Positions 1 through 10,142 of a stretch of DNA of 64,000 nucleotides are shown here, piece by piece. The notes beneath the pieces were generated by a model. The model was not told where the DNA came from and did not search any database. It saw nothing but the letters and a program-made list of their open reading frames with translations. Position numbers and translations under genes: made by a program. Positions within the stretch are counted from its first letter, which is position 1. The number at the start of each line of letters is the position of its first letter. Source of the stretch: a virus; the IMG/VR virus record IMGVR_UViG_3300033146_005950, positions 18,181-82,180 of that record. One strand, written 5' to 3'.

Positions 1-259
1 AATTTTAATTTTCTGGAGATTTTTACTTGTTAAAATCTACAGAACTTGTTTTAGCTTTAGCTGAAACAATACAATAAAATAAAATAAAACTAAAATTATT
101 TAAGACTTATAAATTTTAATTTAAAATATTTCAATTCATATTTAAAATACAATTGTAGATAGTTCCAAATAAAATTGGAACTGAACCATTTTTTAAATCA
201 TCATACAGATGCTAAAAAATTCTAAAGAATTTGCTTCTCTATATATAATATAATAAAGG
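1..259 (+). repeat. Structured non-coding element, copy 1 (inverted relative to 47798..48163); may extend beyond the window start
   Basis: 6..69 is the exact reverse complement of 48095..48158. 148..195 is the exact reverse complement of 47884..47931. 212..238 matches 47820..47846 except in a 2-nt hairpin loop. Each block folds into hairpins. Confidence 0.9.
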
Positions 260-489
260 TAGGAGAGCACATCCACCATCGCTTTTTAGCTATTATTAAT
301 CAACACATTAACATTTAAGAAATTTCTTGAAAACTTTTCTAAGCGATTTTCATTTTTTTCTTAAGTCTTCATAAAAATAACTAATATTTGGTAATTTGAA
401 ATTAAAAATTTTTTAGTTTCAAAAAATAAATATAATTTAAATAAGATAAAAAAAAAATCAATAATTAAAAACATAGGACTTCGCAGATT

Positions 490-741
490 ATGATTAGCCA
501 CATACCAATTTGGGCAGGTAAAGCAAATAAATGGCCAAAACCCCCTTTGTATAAAAATCATATTAATAATAGTAAGTTATTTATTGAACCTCCAACTGCA
601 GTTTATTTAAATCATATTGATAGTAATGAATTATTTGCTGAGCCAGAAACTGCAGTTTATTTAAATCATATTGATAGTAATGAATTATTTAAAGCACTTT
701 CAACTTATAATTTTGAAATTGATAAAGATATTTTAACTTAG
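490..741 (+). CDS. Small hypothetical protein with 18-aa internal repeats
   Basis: TAVYLNHIDSNELF occurs twice with a 54-nt period, plus a degenerate third copy; lies directly upstream of the 770 gene. Confidence 0.55.
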   Translation: MISHIPIWAGKANKWPKPPLYKNHINNSKLFIEPPTAVYLNHIDSNELFAEPETAVYLNHIDSNELFKALSTYNFEIDKDILT

Positions 742-769
742 TGAAAATAAAGGATATAAAAATAATATT

Positions 770-2056
770 ATGGCAGAATTAAATCATTTCCCGTTTTATT
801 TTGAAATTACTGCGACTGAAAATTGCCCACAAAATTTTTGGGAAGATTGCCGTATCAAAAATATTACAAAAAGTAATATTAGATTTGAGGATATTAATGG
901 AAATAATTTAGATAGGTATATAATGCATTTTAATTCTGCAATTGGGTCAGAAAGACTTACTGCTTATATCAAAATGCCCCAAATAACAGACTCAACAAAC
1001 ACATCATTTAAAGTCGTTTTAGATAAAGACGCTTCATTGACTTCATTAAAATCTGCGACTTATTATATGCCTGCTTACAATACAACATATTCAAATAAAG
1101 GAACCGACCATTCATTACGATACCCAATTTTTGCAGGTGAAACGAACCCAGGAACTGCGTTAGGGTCTTCAAATCAAATTACATTAGATTCAAACACAAG
1201 CATTGTAATTGATGAAAGTAAAACAGGTTTAGATAAAGGCTATATTGAATTTACAGGTGCAGCATCAGATCCTTGTATAATTACAATATTCGATACTGAT
1301 ATTCATACAAGATTTATGCACCCGGGAAATAGTTATTGGGATATTTTAGAATTTTCATTAAAAACACCAGCAACAATACCAGATAAATTTGAAATATTAA
1401 ATTTTACAATTTCAAATACAACTTCAAATGTTGCGCCTGATGCGAACACGAGGGCGGACGATTTTTCAGATCGCACAACGGGTACTAACACAGTTCTTGG
1501 AAGTATAATGTATATGAACACTCCAACGAATGACGACCAATCAAAATTTGTATATACAAATGCTTATAATACTCCTAACAGTGATCATTTTTTTAAAAAA
1601 ATATTCAATACAAATGACACTTTAACTCCAAACACTTGGTATAATTTTAAAATGATAATGGGTAATGTTGGGGATAATTATAATATAAATTCTCTTAATA
1701 ATGTTATAAGTAACAACAGTAATGCAGACTCTATTGCTTATCTTGATGACAGTTATCTTTCCAGAATTATTAATAATGATTCTTTTATCGGGAGAATAAA
1801 TTTAGGAAGTTTGGACGGTAAAACATTTAATTATGACACCAATTATACAAGTATTGGAGACCACACAAAAGGAAATTGTCCAAATATAAAATTTTCAAAT
1901 ATAAATTTACAAACTATAATGTTTGAAACGGGCGGTAGTGCTGACTGGTATGATGAGGGGGATGTTGGCGCAGATAAAACAATTTATTCAACTGAACAAA
2001 TAACAGCGATAAATAGAAATATTCAAAATAATGCAGATTATGTAATTGTTCTTTGA
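770..2056 (+). CDS. Putative virion structural/adhesion protein (DUF2341-like N-terminus, beta-sandwich C-terminus)
   Basis: 428 aa, Asn/Thr-rich. N-terminal NIRFEDINGNNLDRYI...AYIKMPQI resembles DUF2341. Followed by a terminator-like hairpin. Confidence 0.5.
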   Translation: MAELNHFPFYFEITATENCPQNFWEDCRIKNITKSNIRFEDINGNNLDRYIMHFNSAIGSERLTAYIKMPQITDSTNTSFKVVLDKDASLTSLKSATYYMPAYNTTYSNKGTDHSLRYPIFAGETNPGTALGSSNQITLDSNTSIVIDESKTGLDKGYIEFTGAASDPCIITIFDTDIHTRFMHPGNSYWDILEFSLKTPATIPDKFEILNFTISNTTSNVAPDANTRADDFSDRTTGTNTVLGSIMYMNTPTNDDQSKFVYTNAYNTPNSDHFFKKIFNTNDTLTPNTWYNFKMIMGNVGDNYNINSLNNVISNNSNADSIAYLDDSYLSRIINNDSFIGRINLGSLDGKTFNYDTNYTSIGDHTKGNCPNIKFSNINLQTIMFETGGSADWYDEGDVGADKTIYSTEQITAINRNIQNNADYVIVL

Positions 2057-2069
2057 TTTAGAAAAGAAA

Positions 2070-2106
2070 AGAGGAGCAACTTTTTAAAATAAAAAGCCAC
2101 TCCTCC
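2070..2106. terminator. Probable bidirectional intrinsic terminator
   Basis: GAGGAG...CTCCTC imperfect stem between the convergent genes 770..2056 and 2142..3566. Confidence 0.55.
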
Positions 2107-2141
2107 AATCCAACAAAACAAAACAAAAGAATTTTTTTTTT

Positions 2142-3566
2142 CTAACTAAGTCCTAAGACCATATTTTGATTTTCTTTAATTTGCTGCAATGTATCAGCAA
2201 CATTTTTATCAGTTCTAATTTCATTAAAGCTTGGGTGCAATAAAGAATAATTCATATCAACATCGTGACTCAAACCACAGCTTTTTACTTCAATTATTTT
2301 ACCGATATATTTTTCTTTATTATTCCAAATTTCATCTCTTAAATCTTCTTTAATTCCACCAGGATCACTTTTCAATAAACCATCTTCACTTTCACAAATA
2401 AATGAACCGAGGCTTCCTTCATATTTAGTTCCTTTATTTCCTTCATTAAAACCAATTATTTTCAAATCAACAGTAAGTTCTAATTTCATTTTAATTTGAT
2501 AAACAGGTTTGCCATCTTTCCATAGTCCTGAATTTGATTTAAGAATTGCACCTTCTTCACCAGCTGCTAATAATTTTTTAAATTCTGTCATTGCTTCTTC
2601 AAAATTATTTACTATTTTATAATTTATAAAAGAAATATTTTTTGTGTCAGCAACTGCAGTTTCTAATAAATTTCTTCTTTCTTCCCTAATTAATTTAAAC
2701 TCTTCACCACTTCGATAATTTTCAAGCGGCACAAAGTCCCAAATAGTTGCAGTAATTCTTTTCTCTGCTTCAGTTATTGAAATTGAATTTGATTTTTTAA
2801 ATTTTTCTTTATCTTTTTCTGTATTTATACCGTTTAATTCTTTTTCCCTAATCTGAGAAATTGCATTAATAATCCCATTTGCTTTATACCTATCAAAGCC
2901 TTTCACTAAAAGTTCTCCGTTTAAAACAACATTATCAAAAGGCAAATTATAAGCAATTTCAACTGCTTCTTTATAAAAATTAAAACCATTAAAATAGCTT
3001 TGTTTACCTGAGCGTGAAAATATTTCAACTTCATTATTATTCACAATTATATTTGCATATCTTCCGTCCATTTTTGTGTTTAATTCTACACTATTTCCAT
3101 TTTCAAATAGTTTTTTTGCTTTTTTCTCACTGTAAGAAACAGCGCCCATATAAGGAGTTGTTTTTATAAAGTTTTTTCCAAATGCTTTATTTATTGATTT
3201 AATGTTGCAACCAAATTTTAAGTTTCTATCAAAAATCGAGAAAATTAATTCTTGATAATCTTTATCTTTATTATTCAATAAACTTGACACTAAATCAAAT
3301 AAATCATTACCAACGACTTCTCTATTATATGCTTTCTGTAATAATGATAAAATTGAAATATTAATTGTATTATCACCTTCAATATAATTCTTTCGTAGAT
3401 AAGAACCGCTTATCCCAAAATTGTATGTATTTGAATAAACTAATTTAATTATTTCAAAGTCTTCATCAGTCAGCTTATTTTTATAATTTGTTAAAATTTC
3501 AATTTTTGCAATTGAGCCTGGCTCATTTTTCATTTCATTTATCAATTTTATTAATACATTGCTCAT
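2142..3566 (-). CDS. ATP-dependent DNA ligase (T4 gp30-like)
   Basis: Motif I TKMDGRY, motif III LNGEL, IIIa IWDFVP, IV EEGAILK, V IKMK, and a C-terminal OB fold (LLHPSFNEIRTDK). Confidence 0.95.
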   Translation of the reverse strand: MSNVLIKLINEMKNEPGSIAKIEILTNYKNKLTDEDFEIIKLVYSNTYNFGISGSYLRKNYIEGDNTINISILSLLQKAYNREVVGNDLFDLVSSLLNNKDKDYQELIFSIFDRNLKFGCNIKSINKAFGKNFIKTTPYMGAVSYSEKKAKKLFENGNSVELNTKMDGRYANIIVNNNEVEIFSRSGKQSYFNGFNFYKEAVEIAYNLPFDNVVLNGELLVKGFDRYKANGIINAISQIREKELNGINTEKDKEKFKKSNSISITEAEKRITATIWDFVPLENYRSGEEFKLIREERRNLLETAVADTKNISFINYKIVNNFEEAMTEFKKLLAAGEEGAILKSNSGLWKDGKPVYQIKMKLELTVDLKIIGFNEGNKGTKYEGSLGSFICESEDGLLKSDPGGIKEDLRDEIWNNKEKYIGKIIEVKSCGLSHDVDMNYSLLHPSFNEIRTDKNVADTLQQIKENQNMVLGLS

Positions 3567-3634
3567 TTTTCAAACCTTTTTAATATTTTACAATTACTTT
3601 ATATTATCAGAAACGAAACACCTCAGCAATTAGT

Positions 3635-4063
3635 TTAACCAAGTGCACCGTATTGTTTTTTAACAAACTTTTTAGCAGCTCTTAAATATGCTCTTGAATT
3701 ATAAGCGCCAACAAGACCAAATTTATCTTTAGGATATACTGTTTCTCCATACTCAGAGTCATCTTCTTCACGAACGTCAAATAAATGTACTAAAGTTTTA
3801 TAATCTTTATTTGACAGACCGGTGATATTTTCGTATGCGAATTTATCAACAAGGTCGCCAAAATGCTGGTCAATATCAGCAGTTTCAACATTTCCATAAT
3901 TTTCATCGATTAAATCAGCGAGATCATCAAGTTCAAAAAGACTATAGTTTTCCTTTTTAAACATCTTTTCTATGAAATTATAATAGTCGTCTTCAGTTGG
4001 GCGTTGAGATTTATTTATTGGCTCTTCAGTCATTTGGTTTAGTTCAGATTTTGTAAAATTCAT
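3635..4063 (-). CDS. Hypothetical acidic protein
   Basis: 142-aa ORF with an AAGGA RBS, in an operon with its neighbours. Confidence 0.75.
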   Translation of the reverse strand: MNFTKSELNQMTEEPINKSQRPTEDDYYNFIEKMFKKENYSLFELDDLADLIDENYGNVETADIDQHFGDLVDKFAYENITGLSNKDYKTLVHLFDVREEDDSEYGETVYPKDKFGLVGAYNSRAYLRAAKKFVKKQYGALG

Positions 4064-4076
4064 TTTCTTATCCTTT

Positions 4077-4382
4077 TTAATATTTTATTTTTACTTTATC
4101 GCTTGTTAAAATATAAGTAAACGATACATCAGGCACTTGGCCTTTTTTAAAAATTCCCCAACCAGTGCTTTTTGAGTCATCAAGATTATATTTTTTACAA
4201 TCAAAAGCAGATGACCGTACTAATTGTGCAAATTTATAATCTATATCGCTTGCTCCTCTATTTTCATTAAATTCTTTATTAAATTCTTCTAACCATTTTA
4301 ATGTAGCGTCCGGGTACCCATCATAATGTTTGTACAAAACAAAGTCACAATTTTCGATTAAAATATTTGCATTAGTGCTCAT
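4077..4382 (-). CDS. Conserved phage hypothetical protein (YxHxDGYP family)
   Basis: MSTNANI...LYKHYDGYP motif, typical of a widespread phage family of unknown function. Confidence 0.75.
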   Translation of the reverse strand: MSTNANILIENCDFVLYKHYDGYPDATLKWLEEFNKEFNENRGASDIDYKFAQLVRSSAFDCKKYNLDDSKSTGWGIFKKGQVPDVSFTYILTSDKVKIKY

Positions 4383-4384
4383 TT

Positions 4385-5287
4385 TTAGTTTTCCCCTTCA
4401 ATAAAAGACATAATTTTTATTAGTTCATCAATTGATTTAACTTTAAGCGAAATATTTGCATTATATTCTTTATCTTCATTTTCATCAAAATCAAGATTTA
4501 TATTCATTTTAGCTTGAGATTTTTCGTTATTAATTTTAAAACTATATTCATCATAAGAAGAATATTCAGCACCCCTTTTATTAATGCGTCTGTATTTGCG
4601 TTCTGCATTGAAAATAACATTACCCTCTTTACGATTTGCAAATTCTGATAATAAGCTTTTTCTATTTTTCTCATACATATTTTTCTTCATTTTCAGAATT
4701 TCATCATTATATTTATCCACTGCTTTATTATAAAGAGTTTGAAGATTTTTGTATGTCCTAAAACACCTGCTAATATCATAACTTTCATAATTGCCGTCTT
4801 TAAAGTTGACAAAGTGGTTATTAAATTTTAGCTTATAAGCAAACTGTTTTATTGTTATTTCTTTTTTATAATAATATTCTCTATCATATTCACCCTTTTC
4901 TATATTTTCTTTATACACTTCAATTATTTTATCATAAAGATTTTCCCAACCATTATCATTACCATAAGTTTCTTTTAACGCTTTTTTTACATTTATTTTT
5001 ATATCTGACTCAAAATATCTGATCATAAAAGGATCTTGCATTGTAACATCTTGAATAATTTCAAAAACAACTTCAACACCATCAACAGTTTTCAGATGTT
5101 TTATATCTTCTTCTATTTTGTTATATTCCTTTTTCTTAATTTCATAATTTTTTTCTGCGTTTTCAATCTCTTTCTTAATTTTTGAATCTATATAATCATC
5201 AATTTTTTGTATTGCTTTGTTATAAGCAACTTTATTTACGTTTCTCATTTTTTCTACCATCTTGATTTCTTCTTTTGTAAGTTCCAT
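4385..5287 (-). CDS. Hypothetical early protein
   Basis: 300 aa, Lys/Glu-rich; AAGGAG RBS; directly downstream of the duplicated promoter region. Confidence 0.8.
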   Translation of the reverse strand: MELTKEEIKMVEKMRNVNKVAYNKAIQKIDDYIDSKIKKEIENAEKNYEIKKKEYNKIEEDIKHLKTVDGVEVVFEIIQDVTMQDPFMIRYFESDIKINVKKALKETYGNDNGWENLYDKIIEVYKENIEKGEYDREYYYKKEITIKQFAYKLKFNNHFVNFKDGNYESYDISRCFRTYKNLQTLYNKAVDKYNDEILKMKKNMYEKNRKSLLSEFANRKEGNVIFNAERKYRRINKRGAEYSSYDEYSFKINNEKSQAKMNINLDFDENEDKEYNANISLKVKSIDELIKIMSFIEGEN

Positions 5288-5470
5288 TTGGTAACTCCTT
5301 TGTTTTGTTGTTTTGTTATATTAATAATATATAACAAATTTTAAGTTAAATATGCTTTTTTATAAAGAAAAAGTGTAACTTATTATAAATCAATAAGTTA
5401 CAAAATGAAATTTTTTTGTTTTATTTTTCTGTTTTTTATAAAGTATTAAAAATCAATGGTTTATAAGTTT
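5285..5470 (-). promoter_or_regulatory. Duplicated early-type promoter/leader region, copy 1
   Basis: ~185-bp near-identical direct repeat of 25404..25593. Contains RBS AAGGAG, a TATATT -10-like box and the 11-7-11 palindrome TGTAACTTATT-ATAAATC-AATAAGTTACA (5374..5402). Confidence 0.85.
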
Positions 5471-5497
5471 ACATAAAGATTTGATATTAGCTAATTT

Positions 5498-5932
5498 TTA
5501 AGAAAATCTTGGTGCTTGTATTTTTGAAGGGTCAAACCGTCTGTCTTTCAAATAGCTTGAAACTAAGTCCCAACTATTGTTTTTTATTGAATAAAAAGTC
5601 CAAGTATTTATTGCTTCATCAAACATATAAATATAAATTATATCTAAATTATCTGCGATTTTAATTGCACTTTGAAGTCTTGAAGTTTTACCTGGCAAAT
5701 ATTCTGTTTTTTCTCCACTTGGGATATAATCACCATTTGATTTTATTTTTAATATTGAACCTTCTAAAGTATCGAAATCTAAATCATCTGGGGTAACGTT
5801 TGGTTCCTCACCTTTTCCTCTTAATGTTTTGCCAAGACTTTGAATTCTTCCGCCTCTCTCAACGACATTATATTTATAAATTGTATTTTGTTTATTTGTT
5901 GTAATTAGCAACGCTTGCTGGTTCATAGCCAT
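5498..5932 (-). CDS. Hypothetical protein
   Basis: 144 aa; AAGGAG RBS; AAATAAATA late-type motif upstream (5975..5983, minus strand). Confidence 0.8.
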   Translation of the reverse strand: MAMNQQALLITTNKQNTIYKYNVVERGGRIQSLGKTLRGKGEEPNVTPDDLDFDTLEGSILKIKSNGDYIPSGEKTEYLPGKTSRLQSAIKIADNLDIIYIYMFDEAINTWTFYSIKNNSWDLVSSYLKDRRFDPSKIQAPRFS

Positions 5933-5974
5933 AATAAGTATTTCTCCTTAAAAAGTTTACTTTTGATTTTAATA

Positions 5975-6012
5975 TATTTATTTTTAAAAATAAGAAGCTT
6001 CAAAAATAAATA
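5975..6012. promoter_or_regulatory. Back-to-back late-promoter motifs (AAATAAATA; T4 gp55 TATAAATA-like)
   Basis: Minus-strand copy at 5975..5983 and plus-strand copy at 6004..6012; the same motif precedes most structural genes. Confidence 0.6.
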
Positions 6013-6029
6013 TATGTATAAGTATTGCA

Positions 6030-8633
6030 ATGACATTAAAAATTAAAGGTTTTGAAAATAATATGGCGAATAATGAGCAAAACAGAGCTGAGAAAAGAGC
6101 ACAGCAATATAAAGACTTTATTGCAAATAACAGTCAGCGAAAAAATGATAAAAATACAGAAAATTTAATTAAAGCTATAAATGAATTAAATAAAAATCTT
6201 AAAAATACAATTAAACCTACTGTATCTATTAAAACCAATTCTATTAAAAACAGTTCTAATAAAGAAACGACAACTGTATTAAAAACTTTAATCGATGAAA
6301 ATAAAAAATGGCGCACTGAAAATAAATCAACTTATATTAATAACTTTAATAAAATATCTACAAACTTAATAAAAAGTCAAAATGATAATAAAAAAGATTT
6401 AGCTAAAATATTTAATACAGTTAAAAATAATAATAAAGAACAAGATTTAAAAAAAGACAAATCTAAGTTAGTAAGTTTAAATGTTTTAAATAAACCTGAT
6501 TCTAAATCAGATGAACAAATAAAAATAGAAAGAAAGAAGCAAGAACAGCTTGATAAATCAGAACATAAAATAGAAATAAAAGACTCAAAAAATCTAAGTA
6601 CTTTAGTTTCAATTTCAGATTTAATGTTAAAGAAATTTGATAATCTTGGTAAAGACAACAAAGATGAAAATAAAGATGATAATAAAAAACAAGAACAAGA
6701 TTTAAAAAAAGGCAAATTTAAGTTATTAAATATTTTAAAGGGTGTAGGTTTAATAACTGCAATAGTCACTGGACATTGGTCACCATTTTTAAAATCATTA
6801 GCAATAGGTCAACAGTCAATAAAAAAGATGTTTGCAAATATAATCAATGATGTTGGCGGTGGTTATGTAAAAACAGCGTACAGTACAACTAAAAACTTTT
6901 TCAGTAATATTTGGAATGGTGCAAAAGATGCTGGAAAACGTATTCCCAAAGATGGTCTTGATGATGCAGCAAAAAAACCAAGTATATTTAAAAAAGGTGC
7001 AGATTTAATTAAATCTGGGGCAAATAAAGTAAAAACATTTGCTGAACCTGTAATATCAAAAAGTAAAAGCGCAGTAAGTAAAGTTGGAAAAGGTGCAGCA
7101 GGCGCAGTAGGTGCTGTAGCAAATAGTACAAAATCAGTTTTAAAGAACGGTATTGAAACTGGTTCAGCTGCAATGAAAAATGTTAAAAGCGCAGTGGGCA
7201 AAGTTGGAAAAGACGCAGCAGGCGCAATACTTGATAAAACAGGTCTTAAAAAATTAATTGCATCTGCAATGGCACCCGTTAAAACTTTAACAGATAATGT
7301 TGGAAATATTGTTGCTGGTAAACTTGGTTTACTTAGTAAAGGTTCTAAAACAGGCACAAGCGGTATTAAAGCACTTGGCAAAGAATTTGGTGAAAAGAAA
7401 ATAAAGAAAATTATTGGTAGCAAAGTAGCAAAATTTATCCCTGGTGTTGGGGAACTTATTTCTTTATATTTTGCAACTGATAATTTTATGAAAGGCGACT
7501 GGGGCGGCGGTTTATTAGATTTAGCTTCACTTGGCGTTGGGCTTGGTAGTGACTTAACCGGTGCTTTAACATTTGGTGGGGGAAAAATTGCTGGGTCAAC
7601 AATACAAATACCTATAATTGCGGCACAAATATTACACGATTTAAATAATATTAAAACTGGAAAAATTAATACTTTCCGCCCTGGTTTAACTGATAAAATT
7701 TTCAATACGAAAAAGAATAAATCGTACAAGGCAAGTAAATCAAATGAGACTGGCGATTCAAACGCTGCAAATAGTTTTAATAAAAAATATACTAAAAAGG
7801 CAATTACTAAACAAGATTTAAAATTATATGCTGCCAATAAAAAAGGCTCAAATGCATCTGTTTTAGATTCTAAAAAATTATCAATGCCCAATCCTACTTT
7901 AACAGAAAGTGAAAACAAATGGAAAAATAATGTTTTTGTAAAAGCTTTCAAAAAGGTAAAACAAATAATAAAACCAGAGGAGCTCCCTGCGAACATTATT
8001 CCTAACAGTGATAATTTAGATTTTAGTGGGATTATACCAGACGCATTAAATAATTTACAAGGATTAGCAGCAGACTATCAATTGTTGCACCCTGAGAAAC
8101 CTAACTTATTTTTGAATTCTGCTTACAGGAGTTATGAAGACCAAGTAAGATTATATAAAGAAAAAGGACCGGGTTGGGCTGCTGTTCCTGGAACAAGTAA
8201 ACACGGTTTTGGTTATGCTTTTGATTTAAACAGTGCTGAAATGAACCAAGCAGATAAAGATGGCTTATTATCAAAATGGGGATTTGTGAGACCTATGGTG
8301 AAAGAACCTTGGCATATTCAATCAAAAATTAGTGGGGATAAATATTCTTCTAATAAAACAAATAATATTGCCGATACTCCTAAACCAGCAAAAAGCCAAA
8401 TTGGGGATTCAAACCCTGCTGCATTAAACCCATTTGTTAAAAAAACAGTAACAGTATCAAATAATAATAATCAATTTGATAGTAATTATAAATCATCAAA
8501 TAATAATGTTGTCGTTGTTGCTTTAGATAAAGCTTCAATAAAAGCATTATTAGATGGTCAAGATAATATTGCAAATAAATATAATATTAAAATGACATCA
8601 ACACCTGAAATAAATATAAACGGTAGACTTTAA
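6030..8633 (+). CDS. Tape-measure/baseplate-hub-like protein with C-terminal M15 (VanY-like) peptidoglycan peptidase
   Basis: Long helical Lys/Ala/Gly-rich region, then SAYRSYEDQ...PGTSKHGFGYAFDL...EPWHI (SxHxxGxAxD and ExWH zinc-peptidase motifs); heads the baseplate cluster. Confidence 0.8.
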   Translation: MTLKIKGFENNMANNEQNRAEKRAQQYKDFIANNSQRKNDKNTENLIKAINELNKNLKNTIKPTVSIKTNSIKNSSNKETTTVLKTLIDENKKWRTENKSTYINNFNKISTNLIKSQNDNKKDLAKIFNTVKNNNKEQDLKKDKSKLVSLNVLNKPDSKSDEQIKIERKKQEQLDKSEHKIEIKDSKNLSTLVSISDLMLKKFDNLGKDNKDENKDDNKKQEQDLKKGKFKLLNILKGVGLITAIVTGHWSPFLKSLAIGQQSIKKMFANIINDVGGGYVKTAYSTTKNFFSNIWNGAKDAGKRIPKDGLDDAAKKPSIFKKGADLIKSGANKVKTFAEPVISKSKSAVSKVGKGAAGAVGAVANSTKSVLKNGIETGSAAMKNVKSAVGKVGKDAAGAILDKTGLKKLIASAMAPVKTLTDNVGNIVAGKLGLLSKGSKTGTSGIKALGKEFGEKKIKKIIGSKVAKFIPGVGELISLYFATDNFMKGDWGGGLLDLASLGVGLGSDLTGALTFGGGKIAGSTIQIPIIAAQILHDLNNIKTGKINTFRPGLTDKIFNTKKNKSYKASKSNETGDSNAANSFNKKYTKKAITKQDLKLYAANKKGSNASVLDSKKLSMPNPTLTESENKWKNNVFVKAFKKVKQIIKPEELPANIIPNSDNLDFSGIIPDALNNLQGLAADYQLLHPEKPNLFLNSAYRSYEDQVRLYKEKGPGWAAVPGTSKHGFGYAFDLNSAEMNQADKDGLLSKWGFVRPMVKEPWHIQSKISGDKYSSNKTNNIADTPKPAKSQIGDSNPAALNPFVKKTVTVSNNNNQFDSNYKSSNNNVVVVALDKASIKALLDGQDNIANKYNIKMTSTPEININGRL

Positions 8634-8657
8634 AAAAGCATAGGAGAAAATTTTATT

Positions 8658-9584
8658 TTGAGTTATACAAGCATTTTTAGTTCAGATGTTAGTTACGATT
8701 CAGATGTGAACAGTTCATTATTTGATATTGCAATATACCCTACATATGTAAATGGAGAATTACAAGAAAAAGATAGAGTTTGCATTCGTGGCAAAATGGA
8801 TGCGGATAAATCTATTAATTATCAATTATCAGCAAGTTGGGAGAAGGGTTTATTAAATAGTTTAGTTTCAAATTTGACAAGTGGGGGTGTTCTAAAATCT
8901 ATTTCAGGCGACACGATGATGGCTGAGTTTGGAATACAAACAGGAAAAACTGGTTTTACAACAAGGAGAACTTTTACAGGTGCAAATAGCCCTCAATTTA
9001 CAGTTGGGATGAAAATATTCAATGACGGGACTCAAGACGGCTCAGCCGCGTTTTATAAAAAAATAAATGATTTGCAACAATTAGTAATGCCGCAAATAAC
9101 TGAAGGCGCAGACGGTTCAAAACAAACGCAAGATGCTGTTTATGAAATTTTTAAAAGTAAACAAAAGAAAATAAAAGAAAAGAAAATAAAGAAGGATAAA
9201 GAAGTAAAGACTGAAGAAGAAGCACCAATATCTGGTTTAGCAACCGCTTCTGATGCCCAATTAAAAAAAGCTGGAGTAACTAAAAGAATTGGCAATGTAA
9301 CAAAAGATAGCGGCATTGATATTACAAACGCGCCGTCTGATTTTGTATTGATTGTTGGCAATTATTTTGGAATTAATAGGGGAGTAATGGATTCTGTACA
9401 AATAAATTATTCTGTTGCAAAAAATGCTTACGGCCCGGTTTATTGCGATGTTGAGCTACAGTTCTCAATTATGTACACTCCTAAAATAACTTTATACGAT
9501 AACGGAGATCCTGCTAAAATCGATAATATATTTGTAGGTTCTAATCAAGTTGCAGATTTAATGAAGTTGGAAGGAATTGAATAA
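8658..9584 (+). CDS. Putative baseplate/tail-tube initiator protein (gp48/gp54-like)
   Basis: Position between the tape-measure-like and LysM genes; C-terminal VMDSVQINYS...GPVYCDVELQF pattern; TTG start with AGGAG RBS. Confidence 0.55.
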   Translation: MSYTSIFSSDVSYDSDVNSSLFDIAIYPTYVNGELQEKDRVCIRGKMDADKSINYQLSASWEKGLLNSLVSNLTSGGVLKSISGDTMMAEFGIQTGKTGFTTRRTFTGANSPQFTVGMKIFNDGTQDGSAAFYKKINDLQQLVMPQITEGADGSKQTQDAVYEIFKSKQKKIKEKKIKKDKEVKTEEEAPISGLATASDAQLKKAGVTKRIGNVTKDSGIDITNAPSDFVLIVGNYFGINRGVMDSVQINYSVAKNAYGPVYCDVELQFSIMYTPKITLYDNGDPAKIDNIFVGSNQVADLMKLEGIE

Positions 9585-9931
9585 TGATAAAAAGTAAATT
9601 AAATCGCACAAATTTTTATGACGATTTTAATAATAATGGAATAGCAGAAAAAGTACTTGATTCCGATTATTATAAATTGTTTAAAATGAATTTTAAACCA
9701 ACAATTTATATAATTAAAGATGTTGATATTGCAAGGTGGGATATGATAAGTTTTAAACATTATCGTTCATATGATTTTTATTGGATTATATTAAAAGTAA
9801 ACAATATAAATGACCCTTGGAACGATATCGAACCAGGGGATGAAATTATCATTCCTGATAAAAGAGACGTTTATGATTTTTATACAGCTGTAAAAAATTC
9901 AAAAAGGGATTGTGAAAATGGAAAATGCTAG
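9584..9931 (+). CDS. Baseplate wedge LysM-like protein (gp53-like)
   Basis: RWDMISFKHY...YWIILKVNNINDPWNDIEPGDEIIIP is the gp53/LysM signature. Confidence 0.85.
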   Translation: MIKSKLNRTNFYDDFNNNGIAEKVLDSDYYKLFKMNFKPTIYIIKDVDIARWDMISFKHYRSYDFYWIILKVNNINDPWNDIEPGDEIIIPDKRDVYDFYTAVKNSKRDCENGKC

Positions 9932-10121
9932 CAACCAATATGGTTTATTAGATTCAGAGTATTATGCACTAATGAAAATTAAATCACAAAGCTCATTTTT
10001 ATTTAACGATATTTTAGATACATATTATGATAGCGGGCGAAATTTAATAATTACAAAACTTATTTTAAATATTGCACAAAAATTAAATATCAAAAGCAAA
10101 CCACAGAACTTACTATCTTAA
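9912..10121 (+). CDS. Small hypothetical protein (probable ATG start near 9918)
   Basis: Fills the gap within the baseplate operon. Confidence 0.5.
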   Translation: MKMENASNQYGLLDSEYYALMKIKSQSSFLFNDILDTYYDSGRNLIITKLILNIAQKLNIKSKPQNLLS

Positions 10122-10142
10122 CAGAAAATATATTTTAATAAA

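Noticed and set aside
6863-7996. 377-aa antisense ORF (and other antisense ORFs in the ORF track)
   Set aside because: Lies opposite a well-supported gene; explained by codon bias of Lys/Ala/Gly-rich sense sequence.
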